Under the pieces are notes generated by a model. That model made no database searches and was not told the origin of the DNA. It saw only the letters and a list, made by a program, of their open reading frames with translations. Below, in pieces: positions 11,913 to 23,240 of a DNA stretch of 64,000 nucleotides. Each line of letters begins with the position of its first letter. The first letter of the stretch is position 1. The translations under genes were made by a program, and so were the position numbers. This stretch comes from Euprymna scolopes (lineage: Eukaryota). The stretch lies in the NCBI GenBank assembly GCA_053919585.1, contig CM132812.1, one strand, 5' to 3'.

Positions 11913-13278
11913 TCTAATGTATAAAAGGAAATATGTTTGTCTGTATGTCCGTCTCCATATTTTCAAACTCTATATCCTCCGACACTAAAAGTCGCAAAGC
12001 CGCGCTAGACGCATCAAATGATTGTTTTTTTTACGGACCGTTATTTTATGGGTCTTTAACCGGTTAAAATAGATTTAAGGGATTAAAAATGTGTTAAAAT
12101 TGGGAAAAAGTCATTATACATTTTGTAAATTCATTTTGTCTATTTTTTAATTTTAATTTTTAATCAGTTCATATGCGTGTCATCTTGGTACAGTGGTAAC
12201 GTCACCGGCTGTGAGTACTTCGGTTTTGATTCTAACTGATGGCCCTGAAATACGTTTTCTTTTTTTTTACTTTTGAAATCACGACTCTCTAAAATATGTA
12301 CGACATCTAGACAAATTACAATATCATTTAAGCGTATTTTACGCATAGGAAAAGCTTCCCTACCCCCACCTGCTAATATAAAATATAAAAGGCTAAATGT
12401 TTCCATATTTTGAAACTCCATCTCTTTCGAAATTAAAAGTCGCAGAGCGGCGCTAGGAGCCTTAAATTATTGGATTTTTTTACGCACCGCTTTTTTTATG
12501 GATCTTTAGCCAGTTTAAAAAGTTTTTAAAATGTCAAAAGTGCGTCAAAATTAAAAAAAAGTCATTATAGATATTATAAAACTATCTTAGATTATTTTTA
12601 TTTTTTCATTTTTAACTAGTTCATATGCGTGTCACATTATTACAATAGTAATATCACCAGCATTGACTGATACAGCTTTATTTTCGGTTTCGATTCAGCT
12701 GAATAACTAATACTGAATAACCAAAATACTTATATTTTTCATTTTGAAATCACGACTTAATAATAATATATACGAAATATAGACAAATTAAAATATAATA
12801 TTTTACGACCGGGCAAGTCTGGCCGCCCCCTCCCGGTCTAATATATAAAAGGCTATATTCCGCCTGTTTGTTTGTCGCCACATTTTCAAACTATCTCTTC
12901 CGAAATCAAAAATCGCAGAACGGCGCTAGAGGCCTCAAATGATTGGATTTATTGTGGATCGTTCTTTTATGCGTCTTTAGCCGGTTAAAATTAAGTTTAA
13001 TGGGCCTGCAATGACATAAAATTGAAAAATTAAATCGTTATTCATTTTGTACACTCATCTCAGTTTTTTTTTTACTTTTAAGTTTTAATCAGTTTATCTG
13101 CATGCCACAGTGGTAACGTCAACAGCTTAAAATATTACAGTTCTGCTTCCGGTTTCGATTCTAGCTTATGACACCCAATTACTTTTTTTTTTCATAATAT
13201 ATACGGAATCTGTACAAATTAAAATATTATATTTAAGCGTAATATACGCTCTGGCAAAGCCGGGCGCACTCTCGCTAG
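11913..13278 (+). mobile_element. Head-to-tail trimer of non-autonomous Helitron family B (11913-12376, 12373-12841, 12837-13278)
   Basis: Each ~450-bp unit starts (T)CTAAT.TATAAAAGG, shares the AAAAGTCGCAGAGCGGCGCTAG...GATTGGATTT motif and ends in a hairpin plus CTAR. The last unit ends CTGGC-AAA-GCCGG...CTAG|T. Confidence 0.8.
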
Positions 13279-13319
13279 TCATATATATATAGTTTAATAT
13301 GTAGTCATAGATAAGTGAG

Positions 13320-13390
<71 letters not shown>

Positions 13391-13396
<6 letters not shown>

Positions 13397-13511
13397 TGTG
13401 GATCGTTCTTTTATGCGTCTTTAGCCGGTTAAAATTAAGTTTAATGGGCCTGAAATGACATAAAATTGAAAAATTAAATCGTTATTCATTTTGTACACTC
13501 ATCTCAGTTTT
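13391..13511 (+). repeat. ~120-bp near-identical local duplication of 12947-13067
   Basis: ATTTATTGTGGATCG...CATCTCAGTTTT is repeated 444 bp downstream. I saw one mismatch (CTGCAATG vs CTGAAATG). Confidence 0.9.
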
Positions 13512-13605
13512 AGCATATAAGCGACGCTCTTTGTGTAAACAAATCGAGCGGAGGTATTTCGGACGATATCTAAAACATCGTTAAAACTCACTACTCGTTC
13601 AAGCA

Positions 13606-13677
13606 GCCGCCAATAGCGTAATGGTTAGAAGCCTTGACTGCCGTATAAACGGTCGGGTTTCAATCCTAGCTTGAGGT
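13606..13677 (+). promoter_or_regulatory. tRNA-derived Pol III internal promoter (second copy 13892-13963)
   Basis: A-box TAGCGTAATGG (13614-13624) and B-box GGTTTCAATCC (13656-13666) at tRNA-like spacing, with CT-GCC at the anticodon-loop position. The cloverleaf is degenerate, so this is not a functional tRNA gene. Confidence 0.65.
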
Positions 13678-13685
13678 AGTTGCCT

Positions 13686-13740
13686 GTCTAGCCGCACTGA
13701 TGAGCTGTGAAACAGCGAAACAGTACTGTATGTGGATGAC
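13686..13740 (+). ncRNA. Type I hammerhead ribozyme, intact core
   Basis: gtctag-ccgca-CTGATGA-gctgt/gaa/acagc-GAA-acag/ta/ctgt-A^tgtgg-atgac. Stem I ccgca:tgtgg, 5-bp stem II, palindromic stem III ACAGTACTGT. Predicted GUA cleavage after 13730. Confidence 0.9.
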
Positions 13741-13971
13741 TATAGTGCTCCTCACCTTGAGTTGAGCATATTGAGAAGTGAAAAACGAATTATCATTAGC
13801 ATATAAGCGACGCTCTTTGTGTAAACAAATCGAGCGGAGGTATTTCGGACGATATCTAAAACATCGTTAAAACTCACTACTCGTTCAAGCAGCCGCCAAT
13901 AGCGTAATGGTTAGAAGCCTTGACTGCCGTATAAACGGTCGGGTTTAAATCCTAGCTTGAGGTAGTTGCCT

Positions 13972-14026
13972 GTCTAGCCGCACTGATGAGCTGTGAAACA
14001 GCGAAATAGTACTGTATGTGGATGAC
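13972..14026 (+). ncRNA. Type I hammerhead ribozyme, second tandem copy
   Basis: Same as 13686-13740 except GAAAT for GAAAC, giving a U.G wobble in stem III. Predicted cleavage after 14016, exactly 286 nt after the first site. Confidence 0.85.
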
Positions 14027-14053
14027 TATATATATATATATATATATATATAT

Positions 14054-14558
14054 GCCTCACTTAAAAGTAGTTCAGAAATTGGTAGAGAGGAGATACATTC
14101 TTTTATTTTTTAAAATTACTGTAGCATTATTTATATTACCTGTAATGCTATAAAAACCTGCTAGAAGTGCTCCCCGTTGACATCTATGCATTTCTGGGCA
14201 CGTTTAACAACGTTTGCAGATATTGCCTGTAGATATTCGCTGATGATTCTCTTGATAGTGTTAGTAATGTTCTCTTTCAGTTGGTCTAGATTGTGAGGAT
14301 TATTTGTATAAACCTTTTTGTTTTAAACCCCCCCCTAAAATAGAAATCTCACGATGACAAGTCTGGGGAATGTGGTGGCTATAACACTTTTGCTAATTAT
14401 TTTCCCTTTCGTTAACATATCCTGAACTGGTCTCAGTGATCTATGAGACGTGTGGCATGTAGCGCCATCTTGTTGGAAAATGAATTGCATTTTGTCGTCT
14501 GGTGTCAGTTGATCGGTAAGAGAATAATTAGAGGGATCGGGCTAGTTTTAAGTGGGCC

Positions 14559-14563
<5 letters not shown>
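14054..14563 (-). mobile_element. Internally deleted Tc1/mariner DNA transposon with a transposase C-terminal pseudogene fragment
   Basis: Minus strand reads, across frameshifts, FQQDGATCHTS...PPHSPDLSS*DFYF...KVYTNNPHNLDQLKENI...NVVKRAQKCIDVNGEHF. Terminal inverted repeats (TIRs) CACTTAAAAGTAG and CTAGTTTTAAGTG. Flanked by (TA)n. Confidence 0.85.
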
Positions 14564-14621
<58 letters not shown>

Positions 14622-15225
14622 ATGTAGATTTCATCTGTTAAGTGTTGTTGCATTGTTTCCACTAGTGTTTTCTAATGAAACCGCAGTCGTCTTTTGGCTA
14701 TTGTTTATATGCTGGGTTAAAAAATCTACTACCAATGACTCTTGTTTCTAAAATTATGAAAGCGAATGCCTCTATCGATAGAAAAATGCAATTATAAAAA
14801 CTTAATCCATTGAGCCAAATTTATCTCTTCAAATAATGAAGTTGGACATGATTCAACATTTATTGGCTAGAATAGTGACTAAGTAAATTGATATTAATCG
14901 AAATAAATTTACAGCCGTTAACTAACTTTAAGCTTAACTAGCATTTCCATCATATAAATGTAGGCGTCTCTGTTGCCTTGTTCGATTTCATAAACCACAT
15001 ATAAACATTTTTAGGCTTAATGCTAAATTCATGACAGACAATATCACTGTTATCAATAACATATCCGATTTCTTTTTTATGAGTATCAAGCGTTAATGCA
15101 AAGCCTAGTTTAATGTTGGACTCGCTTTAATCAAAGGGAAATATATAGAAACACCCTGAATTTCCCACGGGTTTTGAATCCGTCAATATCAATATTATTA
15201 ATCGTATTTTCACTTTATAGTATAA

Positions 15226-16298
15226 CTAGCGAGGGTATCCGGCATTGCCCGGGTGTTTAGAGGTGTGTGTGCTTGGGCGGTGGTAATCAAAACATAAGAA
15301 TAAGCAAAGTAAATATTTTTAATATTAAATATTAAAATGTAAAAACTTTAAAAAATTCGAAAAAAAACCACCCCAAAAAACTAACGTAAGGCAAACGAAC
15401 GATGTTAAATGTAAAAATCGGAAAAACAAAAAAAAAGAAAACGCAAATGTGATGGAAAAAGAAAACAGAAAAACGAACGTAAAACACGTGAAAAATGGCT
15501 TCCGGGTGTTTAGAGGTGTGTGTGCTCGACGGGGGGTGGGGTTGTTAATCAAAACATAAGAATAAGCGAACTAAAAAACAAAACAAAAAGAAAACAGAAA
15601 AACGAACGTTAAAACTAATCTGAAAAATAAAGCGGGGGATACCCGGGCGGTGGGGGAGGGTAATCAAAACATAGGAATAAGAAGTAAATATTTTTAAAAC
15701 TTAAAACTTAAAAAAATCGAAAAAAACACAAAAAAAAAAACTAACGTAAGGATAAACGAACGTTGTTAAATGTAAAAATCGGAAAAACAAAAACAAAAAA
15801 GAAAACAGGAAAACGGACGTTAAAACTTCTTTATAAAATCTGAAAAATAAAAACCAAAAGAAAAACACGTGAAAATGGCTTAAATAAGCCTGTTTCAATA
15901 TTAAAATTTTAAAAATCGAAAAAAAAGAAGACATCTCACACCACGATTCAAACCCAAAACCTTCAGATAAAGACCCAACGCTCTAACCAACTGAGCTAAC
16001 ACGAAATTCACAGTTCTTCACATATTTAAACTAAATCAGGTAATGACGTCTTCTGACGCATGCGTAGAACCGATCTCGTCATGAGAAAACAGTTTTTGTT
16101 GACCCCCCGCCTGTAGAAAAGTGCTGATTTCAGGGTGAAAAAATTAATGTTTTTAGCAAACTTTTAGATATTTGTCGGGCGAAGGAGGGGGCTTTCAGAT
16201 GAGACCAAATTTGTGAATTTTTGTTCTGTCTGTCGAATGTTTTTAGCATACACACAAACATTCATACATACATACATTTTTGCTTTTATATTTATAGA
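15226..16298 (-). mobile_element. Non-autonomous Helitron with internal duplications and a tRNA-like module
   Basis: Minus strand A|TCTATAAATATAAAAGC...AAACACCCGGGCAATGCCGGATACCCTCG-CTAG|T. TAATCAAAACATA.GAATAAG occurs three times. tRNA-like segment at ~15941-16003. Confidence 0.8.
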
Positions 16299-16305
16299 TT
16301 AGTGC

Positions 16306-16391
<86 letters not shown>

Positions 16392-16670
16392 TCCTGGCCA
16401 AATTGAATATTGAAATGTTCATATGTGTATTTTTATATGGCGAAACCACATGAAAATTTACAGGTTTTTTAAAAAATATTATAATACTATTCTGTGGTTT
16501 AAATTTAATGTCAGTTGGTAAAAAATTTTTTTTTTTTCAAACCAATAAAATACGCCCAAATTTGCCTACATTTGTATATATAATGTCTTTACATGCCATC
16601 TTTAGTTTTGCTGCTTTGGGATGATTTTCGCTTTGGCTTTTTTTTTTGCTTGATTGCTTCTCATGTGGTC

Positions 16671-16730
<60 letters not shown>

Positions 16731-16917
16731 GAAACAGTGTTTCATGATAAACGACTGATTATCCGTTAAAAATAAATTATTAGTGCTATAATAAATTCGA
16801 GAGCTATTTGATGCAGTAATTGCAGGTTATTAAATGACTTACTGACTAGTTGGTTTTCAAACGATTGATAAAAAATATTTTTTCTGTGTAGTTTTAAAGG
16901 TTAAAAACTTCAAAGAT

Positions 16918-16997
<80 letters not shown>

Positions 16998-17481
16998 GAT
17001 TATATAAATAATGTTCCGACGTGATGGGCAAATGAAAAAGGAACAAAACAAATTATGTATTCGTCAAGGTTTCGTCTTTATATCAAGACATCCTCGGGGT
17101 GATTAATTTGAAGAAAATAAAATACCAGTACAATATTTGAAATGTACCTTTTGTGTTTGTAACGCGAAATATGTCTTCGTTCTGTTTCAGAACGAAAATA
17201 AAAAAAAACAACTTAATATTCAAAGTATATATAGCGTTGTGGAATAGAGAGTGAGATTTTTTACGTCATGTAGTCATTAGATAGTTAAAAGAAATTATGC
17301 AATTTCTATTCTGTTTGGAATGAATATGGTTGTTATAATTCAAATGTTGGATGCTTAATTGAGCGTGTATCTGTTTTAATTATTTATTGGTTGCGAAAGG
17401 GTGATGTTCAAACCATTGAGTATGCCTTCAGTAAGCATATAAAAAAGTTGGAAGGGAGTTGTTTCTGGGTATGTGGTGTAG

Positions 17482-18527
17482 TTTTTTTTTGTTTTTTTTT
17501 TACATAGGCGTCACCACTTATCAAGGCCGATAGGCCACTCAAGGATAAGGGTTAAAGAGTGTAGAGTAGTCAAAAGGACAATATAGTAATCGATAGTAAT
17601 GGAAGTTCGGTAAATTTGTTAACTTAAGTGGAACGGCTCATCAGAAACTTGTTCACGTTGGACTTGAAGACAACCATATTATAGACAGCTGGAAAGCAGG
17701 AAAACGGAAGACAATTCCACAGGCGTGCAGTTCTAAGAAAGAAGCTTTGATCATGGAATCTATGTTTAGGTTTAGGTACAGATAAAGATGGGGAAATTAT
17801 TGATAATGTTTTCAGCTAGTCTAGTGTTTCTTGTGAAATTTTGGCGAGGGGGGGGACCATAGATTGAAGCTCAGTTGAACACTTTCCATGAAAATAACGA
17901 TAAAGCAAAGACAAACTCGCAACATCTCTTCTGTGAGATAGAGGTTGCAGCGAAGAGAAAAGGACATCTCCCACCAGGCCACGAAGTCTATTATTTTGAA
18001 CCCTATCAAGGCAGGACAAGTCTTTTTTAGCAGCTCCTGCCCATATGTGGCAAAAGTATTCCATCCTTGGGCGTATCTGGCTCTTATATAGATAGAGAAT
18101 TGCATCAGCAGTGAGATATCTACTAGATCGATAGAAGGATCCGACCATTTTTCCAGCGGCCTTGGCAACAGATTTGATGTACGTATTCCATTTAAGATCA
18201 GGAGTAAAGGTCAAGCCCAGAAGCCTGTCAAAACTTGAGGCCTCCCCAAGACGAGAGCCATCCATTTTAATTGATGCCAGATGGGGATCAGAACGTTGAT
18301 GATGTAAAGATAGAAGCTTGGTTTTAGATGCCTTAAAAGTAACCAGCCTCTTCTTTCCCCATTGTACAACGTGATTAAGATCAGAGGAGAGAGAATCGGA
18401 GAGAACTTGGTCGTTTACTGTCTTAGATGTGCTACCATAGATGGTAGTGTCGTCAGCAAAAATGTCTACGAATTATCTAAGGATGTGATTTGGAAGATCA
18501 TTAATGTAGATCAGGAAAAGAGTTGGA
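17482..18527 (-). mobile_element. 5'-truncated CR1/L2-group LINE: RT C-terminus, 3' UTR and poly(A)
   Basis: Minus strand PTLFLIYINDL...FADDTTIY...LLGLTFTPDLKWNTYI...LYKSQIRPRMEYFCHIWAGA...RDVASLSLLYRYFHG...RLWN. Contains a stop and frameshifts. The T-run at 17482-17501 is the poly(A) tail. Confidence 0.92.
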
Positions 18528-18774
18528 ATCGAATCGCTGGATAAGAAGTTCCGCCTTCTTAGTTGCCATGCATGCGGCTGTCTGATTGTTGGATAGCGCA
18601 GGAATTACTGATTATTTTTAATTCGCTACATTATTATAGATTTTTTTCTAGAAATCACGAGTTCCTATCTTCTAAGGTTCTATGTGTTCTCTGGTTATTT
18701 CGGTATGCCTTCTTCTGGCTGTGGCTACTTCACCCCAACAATGATTTTTAGCATTTATAAATTTTTGCCTATTT

Positions 18775-18983
18775 GTACTTGACTTATGATTAGGGCTAGG
18801 ACAACAGCATATTCTTTTCATTGTTTTGACTCTCGAGTGTATATCCGTTGATATCTTAAATGCTTTTATATAGCGTGATGTGGTTCCCGGTTGATTAACT
18901 GTGTCTTACTGTGTCAGATATATATTCGAGAGTCAAAACAATGAAAAGAATATGCTGTTGTCATAGCCCTACTTATGACGTAC
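18775..18983. repeat. MITE-like inverted repeat (~60-bp arms)
   Basis: TAGGGCTAGGACAACAGCATATTCTTTTCATTGTTTTGACTCTCGA pairs with TCGAGAGTCAAAACAATGAAAAGAATATGCTGTTGTCATAGCCCTA. Confidence 0.8.
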
Positions 18984-19985
18984 GAACCGGGGGAATGCAT
19001 GTTGTCTTTGTGTAATATTAGCTGTACACTTTGTAGTGAACCATTGGGGAGGGTAGGACTTGCTATACTACTTCCCTGTGAGAACACATACTTTAATGCC
19101 CGCTTTGGCCATGAGGTTGTTTCAGTGGCACACTGTTCAGCAGGAAGAGAGAAGATACCGGTTCATGGGTACTCTTTGATGTGTTCTCTGATGGCTTTCT
19201 TGTCTGCCTTTTTGTAGTACATTGCCTTTTTGAGTAATGGCTCTTAACCTTGGGTTTGCGATTTCAGGGTGATCTCTACTGATAACACTAGGTAGTCTGC
19301 GCTTCCAAGCATTAGTCACACAATTCTTCTGGTGTTTTTCATATGAGAGGCGGGTCGGGAACATGAGTGTCTGTCTAAGGGAAGAGGCTGTAGAGAAACT
19401 TTAAGTAGAGCGTCCACCTACATCTGTGCAACTTGAGAATCCAAGCCAATTTTTATGGTGAATATCAAAGTCAACAAAAACTTACTGTCGCGTTAATATC
19501 TAAAGAAATTGCTGCGTCAATACTACCAGAGACTCCTGACTTAAGGGATAACGTTAGATAAACTATAAGTAACTAACGCAGTATTGAAAGGCTGATTAAG
19601 AGCACATGGAAGCCTCATCATTTCATGCAACGAATATAGAACCCCGTTCATATACCTGCCCGACTCCTTACGGCAGAGAAGGAAACACCCTGTCATGTCA
19701 AAGTAGTGGGAGAAAATTGTGTAGGCTTGTTTCACTTAATGTTAAAATCCAGGGAGTTTACTGAAACGTAAGACTCTACATCATTTAGATTAACTCTGAT
19801 ATTTGTGAATGCGAATCTTAATGGGGAAGCGAATTAGTTTTGTTTGGGTGGTCGCTTGGTTTCATCGTGATATCTTTTCTTGAATTAATTAGGCTTATAT
19901 CATTGTAAATTAAGAAATTTTAGTTGTATAATGCACCATTGTAATACTCTGTAAAAACTTTGTGCAAATTTAAGAATTTAAATAT

Positions 19986-20034
<49 letters not shown>

Positions 20035-20278
20035 AAGAGAGAGAGATAGAGAAAGAGAGAGAAGAAAAAGGAGGTAGGGAGAGAGTATGGGAAGACTTAT
20101 ACATATTGTAAAAATAATGTTCGCCGTTATCGATAATCGTTTTCAGCCATTTTTATTTTTCTGTAGCCATTGATTTTGAAGTGCATTCTCTTTTATATCT
20201 TTTAAAGTTATATATATTTATATCATTAAAATGTATGCATATATATATATATAAATATATGCATATATACATGCATGT

Positions 20279-20318
<40 letters not shown>

Positions 20319-21237
20319 TTATATGTGTCTTCTTTTATTGGAAATATTTTTATGATCGTTACGCTTTTTGAGTTTTTTTTTCTTCCACTTTTAGGAAAAT
20401 TCATTTTCGAATCAATTTTAAAGAAAATGCGCTTTACTTGTCGAATGTCATTTTTTGCATTGGAAAAAAACCCTTTATTCTCTTTTTCATTTGTCTTCTA
20501 ATGACAAAGCTGATTGTCACGTGACTCCAGTTACATCACAGCACATATAACTTTCAATCTGACTCGAAAGAGAGTGTGAAGTATTAAAGTGTTGATAAGG
20601 GTAAGAGGGTTTAATTTTTTAATATAAAATTGGAAAGAAGGTGAGAAATCTCCCACGTTTTGAAGGGATTGGAAAATCGTTAAAATAGCAATGTGTAGCC
20701 GGAGGAGGGGGAACACAACCGATTTGATAGAAAAACGGAGTATAATGAAAGAATGTGGAAGAAAAAAGAAAAGGAAAAATCGGAGGAATTTTATCGAATT
20801 TTAATAGAAGAACGAAAACTAACAAAAATAATAAAATGCAATTTTGCAAATGAATAACAAAAGAAAAACTAATTGTAAAATTAAAAATAAATAAAGGAAG
20901 AAGAGGGGTTGGAATTGGGTGGAAGAATAATATAATGCGTTATTCTTTCACCCATTTTCAACAATCCTCTCTTATTTTTCTATTATCTCTCTTCTTCCTT
21001 ATTTATTTAATTTGCTCTTTCTGCTTTCAATGTCTGCAGTCTAAAATGTCACTTAATCTCCACCCCTTCCCCTTGATATAAACATCTTAATTAAAAAAAA
21101 AAATCTTCAATACTCCCTTTGGAGGACTAGACTTCTTCAGTTGAACACAAAATTTGTTACGTCGCCTGACGAAACTTTGGTCCTGACCGACCAATTATCT
21201 GAAACATTAGCATGTTCAGTGTCGTGTAAATAAAATA

Positions 21238-21268
<31 letters not shown>

Positions 21269-21269
<1 letters not shown>

Positions 21270-21999
21270 GTTATGAAATAGGTAGAACAGAATAAATTAT
21301 CTATCTATCGATCTCGCTATCTGTCCATCTCGATCTCTATCTATCTATCTATCTATCTATCTAACTGGAGAAGCAGACAAGAGATGGATATGATGATATT
21401 CTCACAAATCTTGTCAAAATATGAATAGCTAGATTATAGGCAAGTTTACCGGAAGTTCTGGTCAGCTGATCGGATATATATGCATGTCACGTGATCAGGT
21501 TAGCTGGAGATCAGGGGAGTTGGAATTTGGGTTTGAAGCAGAGCGGCTGGGCTTTATGATTGTCTCTCCCCCCCTCTTGGTAGCGAGCGACGTGTCTCTC
21601 AATGTAGGCTATCAGAAAAGAAACTCACTTTCCATTTTCTAAAGTTTTTTCTAAAACTAATATGAACACAAATCATCGTCCTGGAGTCAATGTTTTTTGT
21701 CCAAAAGGTTCCAGCCCCCTTCAATGAACAAGATGAAGTCAGGATGGACCAGGTTCAGTTAGCAGAAAAGATAAAGGTATGTCAAACATACACATGGGAC
21801 CCATACATTCACGCATATGAATATTAGACGATCACGACACATAAAACGAGTTCAGAAAGTTGAAGAACCACTAAGACATTTAGTAACACGTTTAGGACAC
21901 GTCACAAACAAACACGAAACGTATACATCCGTTTACATGGGTTCATGTTAGATAACGTAACATGACTCATTTTGGTGCCGATTTTTGGTACGCCATTAT

Positions 22000-22005
<6 letters not shown>
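21269..22005. mobile_element. Solo-LTR-like dispersed repeat, copy 2
   Basis: TGTTATGAAA...ATTATGTAACA termini. Colinear with 1942-2690. Inserted between (TA)n and (CA)n tracts. Confidence 0.65.
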
Positions 22006-22055
<50 letters not shown>

Positions 22056-22186
22056 AACTGATTTCGATACTTTTTGTGACTAAGAGCGGAGGAGGTCCGC
22101 TTGAAATATAAAAAATAGCAATGAAAAAATTAAATACAAAAAGTAACATCGTTTTTCATGCTTCAGTAAACCCTCAAACTTTTAAA

Positions 22187-22270
<84 letters not shown>

Positions 22271-22716
22271 TTTAACGTGTTCGGTACACATTTATCCTAG
22301 CCAGTCGGATATAGCTGCTCTTATTGATTTAATTATATATTTAAAAAGATGGATAGATATAAAAGGAAAATCAATACATTTATTAAATCAAGTTAAAGTG
22401 TGCAAGATGGTGTGAACATTGCTGAATACACGAGACTTGTTCAATTACGGACACGTAATTCGAACATTTAATATTCAAGCGTGGCTTGAAAGCAACGTGG
22501 CAGGCGAATATTTGCTGTTCCTGCATGTTTGTTTGTATGCGAATGTGTAAGAAGATTACTCTGCCTACAGAATGCTTACCCAGGTGGAAGATGTAAGCAC
22601 GGAAAATACATAAGCGTGAACATAACTTGCGATATCGAGACACACTTGAGCCTTGATGCAGAGAAGCATCTGTTTGTGAAAAATAAACACACACGTACAC
22701 ACACATACACACACAC

Positions 22717-22762
<46 letters not shown>

Positions 22763-22789
22763 GAAAAATCTTATTGGAAATTTATTCAA

Positions 22790-23240
22790 ATTTTCCAAAA
22801 ACAATTATGAACTTCTAAAGAAGGTATACAATTTTTTTTTAATTATCCGATAAAACTTGAAAAACCTGATTTTGTGGAATTTAGTGAAATGCAATTCTTC
22901 TCATCAGACGAAAGAATTTTGCAAAATATGCAATAAATTTTGCAGGTGAATGCGTTGAAAGAAACTACAAATATGAAAGGAATCATCTTTGTATAAAAAA
23001 GTTATTAAACAGTTAATTAAAGTTTATTAAAATTTATAGTTTATCAAAGTTTATAGGAATTCATAATGATTATGAAAGCAGGACAAGGAAAATGGGAAAC
23101 AAGATATGGTAAAATCCAGTGAATAAGAAAGTAAAATCCAGAACATAATAAATCCAAAATAAATCCAAAATAAGTCCATTGATAATCCATTGGTAATTCA
23201 TAAGAACGGGAAAACAGAATTATACATGTCAATCAATGCT
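22790..23240 (-). mobile_element. Older copy of the 4461-4988 family
   Basis: Shares the motif TTCTCATCAGA (CTGATGAGAA on the minus strand) and downstream blocks. The GAAA half of the hammerhead core has decayed to TAAA. Confidence 0.45.

Larger units (their letters stand above)
13511..14030 (+). mobile_element. Retrozyme-like tandem repeat: 286-bp unit x1.8, tRNA-like head plus hammerhead ribozyme
   Basis: TAGCATATAAGCGACGCTC starts at 13511 and again at 13797. I saw two differences between the copies. Each copy has Pol III A/B-box-like motifs followed by a hammerhead. The array ends in (TA)n. Confidence 0.85.

Noticed and set aside
13606-13677. Functional tRNA-Gly(GCC) gene
   Set aside because: Acceptor and anticodon stems pair poorly and no terminator follows. 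Only promoter-like boxes are retained.
21145-21190. gtc-gcct-gac-GAAAC-tttg-GTC half-hammerhead
   Set aside because: There is no CTGANGA upstream and no stem I.
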